Shown piece after piece: positions 41,504 through 43,477 of a stretch of DNA of 43,477 bases (its first letter is position 1; each line of letters begins with the position of its first letter). The stretch covers positions 1-43,477 of the forward strand of contig CAINWR010000071.1 in NCBI GenBank assembly GCA_903854535.1. Reading direction: 5' to 3'. A program made the position numbers and the translations under genes. The DNA comes from Candidatus Staskawiczbacteria bacterium. GTDB lineage: Bacteria > Patescibacteriota > Minisyncoccia > Minisyncoccales > Staskawiczbacteraceae. The notes under the pieces were generated by a model, which worked only from the letters and a program-made list of their open reading frames with translations, was not told the origin of the DNA and searched no databases.

Positions 41504-42286
41504 TTAAATAATTGTTTGTTGAAATTTTTGCTTATTTTTTATTTTTTCAGCAACTATTATTTTTCTGTATTTGCAAAACTCACAAGTCTTACTAGGTTCT
41601 GGAATCTGAGGAGAGTCCAAACATTTTTTTATTTCAAGAATTGCATTTTCTACCCAAGAATTATCAGCTTGGTGAGGTATTATAAGTGTAGAAAATTCTA
41701 ATTTTGAATCAAATACTGGTTTATTGCGTGAGGCATTTGCAAAGAAAAAATATCCAATATTAGACACAGGGTAACCAAGATTTTTAAAAATCCATTGATA
41801 AATTTCCATTTGTCTTTTATAAGCTTTTTTATATTCATGATCTAAAGAAATAGGATACTCTGTACTTGTTGATTTGTAATCTACAATGTGAAGCTCTTTT
41901 GTGTCTTGATTTTCCCAAATATCATCTATGATCCCGCAAATATTTAAATTTGTTTCTTTATGTAAAAAAGATGCACCAATTTTATTATTATAATCATCTC
42001 GCCATATAGCAAGATGTGGATGATCAAATGGCACTGCGTTTATCCCATATTTTTCCATTAATTTATGTTGCCTACCTTGTTTGCGTAAAATATCAAATTC
42101 ATTTTTAAGAAGTTGATCTACAGCAGAATTTAAAGACCAACCCGGCATATCGGGGCGTGAAATTCCAAAACGTCTGTCTAAATAAAAGCATTGAGGGCAC
42201 TCTAAGAAAAATTCAATTTTTGATCTTGAGATATTATAAGTATTGGTGCTATTTGGGTCATAAATATTTTTTCTTCTTTTTGCCAT
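41504..42286 (-). CDS. PD-(D/E)XK nuclease with CxxC...CxxC (Cas4/RecB-like), paralogue A
   Basis: ECPQCFY N-terminal Cys pair, IIDDIW...IVDYKST, QMEIYQW (QxxxY) and a CEFCKY C-terminal Cys pair. Confidence 0.75.
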   Translation of the reverse strand: MAKRRKNIYDPNSTNTYNISRSKIEFFLECPQCFYLDRRFGISRPDMPGWSLNSAVDQLLKNEFDILRKQGRQHKLMEKYGINAVPFDHPHLAIWRDDYNNKIGASFLHKETNLNICGIIDDIWENQDTKELHIVDYKSTSTEYPISLDHEYKKAYKRQMEIYQWIFKNLGYPVSNIGYFFFANASRNKPVFDSKLEFSTLIIPHQADNSWVENAILEIKKCLDSPQIPEPSKTCEFCKYRKIIVAEKIKNKQKFQQTII

Positions 42287-42369
42287 AATGTTAATTTTTA
42301 TTATTCATTATTATAGCTTATTTTATTATAAACAAAAAGCCTTTTTTAAAAAGCTTTTTGTTTTAAGTT

Positions 42370-43119
42370 TTATTTACTATTTATTGTTTTAATGTAATTA
42401 CAATAATCACAGTTTGCATCAGCTTCTGGGATTTGATCTTGATTTAGGCAATTATAAATTTCATTTATTGTATTTTCTACCCATTCTGAATTTCCTGTAT
42501 ATGGAATTAAGGTTATATCAAATTCTAATTTTGCATCAAAAGCTTTTTTGTCAGTTTTACCATTGCAATATACAAAATATCCTGTGTTTGAGACTTTATA
42601 ATTATTTTGGCGTAAAAGCCATTGATATATCTCCATTTGCCTTTTATATCCAATTTGCCAATCTTTATTTATATCAGTTATCTCTTCATTTTTTGAAGTT
42701 GACTTGTAATCTACTACAATATATTCTTCTTTTGAGTTTTGCCAAAGGTCATCAATAGCTCCATATATTAGAAAGTTGGTTGCTTTATGTAAAAATTGAA
42801 TACCAGTAAAATTGTGTCGCCACTTGTCTAAATCTTGGTGACTTGCAGGTCTTGCATCGATTCCATATTTTTCTATTAATGGATGTTTCGTATTATTTGC
42901 TCTATGAATATCAAATTCAAGTTTTAATAAATGATCCACAGCTGAGTTTAGTGAAAAAGGGAACCCCGGAGGTCTGGAAATTCCTAATTTTCTATCATAA
43001 TAGAAACATCTTTTACAGTTTAAAAATAACTCAATTTTAGATCGAGATAATTTAAATGGATTTTTTATGTTTTCACTATATAAACCCTTGGTTCTTTGTG
43101 GATTATAATAATCTGACAT
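42370..43119 (-). CDS. PD-(D/E)XK nuclease with CxxC...CxxC (Cas4/RecB-like), paralogue B
   Basis: NCKRCFY, AIDDLW...VVDYKST, QMEIYQW and CDYCNY. Collinear similarity to the neighbouring paralogue along the full length. Confidence 0.75.
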   Translation of the reverse strand: MSDYYNPQRTKGLYSENIKNPFKLSRSKIELFLNCKRCFYYDRKLGISRPPGFPFSLNSAVDHLLKLEFDIHRANNTKHPLIEKYGIDARPASHQDLDKWRHNFTGIQFLHKATNFLIYGAIDDLWQNSKEEYIVVDYKSTSKNEEITDINKDWQIGYKRQMEIYQWLLRQNNYKVSNTGYFVYCNGKTDKKAFDAKLEFDITLIPYTGNSEWVENTINEIYNCLNQDQIPEADANCDYCNYIKTINSK

Positions 43120-43125
43120 GCGGTT

Positions 43126-43477
43126 TTATTTAATTCCTAATTTGCTTTTTGCTCTAAAAATAATATCATCTATTTGCATATCTGATTTTACAATATAATC
43201 AGAATTTCCTATTTCTATAGCTTTGCTTATGTGTCCTGGGTCTCCAAAATTGGTAAGAAATATTACTGGAGTAGCGATGCCAGATTCTCTTATTTTTTTA
43301 TCATTGATATGCCGTCTAATTTTGGCATTAAAATATCAGCTAAAATAAGATCTGGTTTTTCTTGTTGAGCTAAGGCTAGCCCTTGTTCTCCGTTATCAGC
43401 AACAACTATAAGGAAACCTGCGTCTTTAAAGCTTTCAGCTAATAATGAAGAGAGGTCTTTTTCATCTTCTGCAATTA
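43126..43477 (-). CDS. Response regulator receiver domain (partial; N-terminus lies beyond the window)
   Basis: Own translation of the minus strand: IAEDEKDL...PDLILADILMPKLDGISMIKKIRE...PVIFLTNFGD...KSD, a CheY-like pattern. Stop at 43126-43128. Confidence 0.8.

Noticed and set aside
1-43477. Diversity-generating retroelement, retron, integron or CRISPR-Cas content
   Set aside because: No reverse transcriptase, integrase, cas gene or template/variable repeat pair was visible in any frame of the ORF track or in my reading of the gaps.

Overview
This is an AT-rich, very gene-dense bacterial chromosome segment. By eye it is about one third G+C or less. Its style suggests a small-genome uncultivated lineage such as CPR/Patescibacteria, which is an inference from compact housekeeping genes, N-terminal extensions on ribosomal proteins and no Shine-Dalgarno sequence before native genes.

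Ordinary content:
- Cell-wall and division genes: PBP2, membrane-fused murF, a DegT-type aminotransferase, a FemAB-type transferase, ftsQ, murA and mreB.
- Four aminoacyl-tRNA synthetases: lysS, asnS, serS and a compact alaS.
- Fe/Mn superoxide dismutase, tpiA, and adk-map separated from infA-rpmJ-rpsM-rpsK-rpsD-rpoA-rplQ-rplM-rpsI.
- holB, a type II restriction-modification pair, a UvrD-type helicase fused to an AddB-like nuclease, an IS200/RAYT-type Y1 transposase, two tandem 4-Cys PD-(D/E)XK nucleases, and a partial response regulator.
- I found no rRNA, tRNA or CRISPR array.

Non-ordinary content:
1. At least seven compositionally foreign, GC-richer mini-cassettes lie between housekeeping genes. 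Each has one small orphan ORF; most have a Shine-Dalgarno sequence and a terminator, and two or three also have a good promoter.
2. Several families of structured repeats sit exactly at gene boundaries. The most striking are arrays of 7-nt units that each begin with TAG or TAA. Some fold into long hairpins ending just before start codons, and others begin with the stop codon of the upstream gene.
3. Short GC-rich palindromes are inserted in frame inside conserved genes (two in the SOD gene, one in lysS, others elsewhere), or supply or enclose stop codons.
4. The restriction endonuclease gene carries an in-frame TAA.
5. A stand-alone NrdD glycyl-radical tail gene lies next to the SOD gene.

All functional assignments come from motifs I can read in the translations. 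No database search was run.
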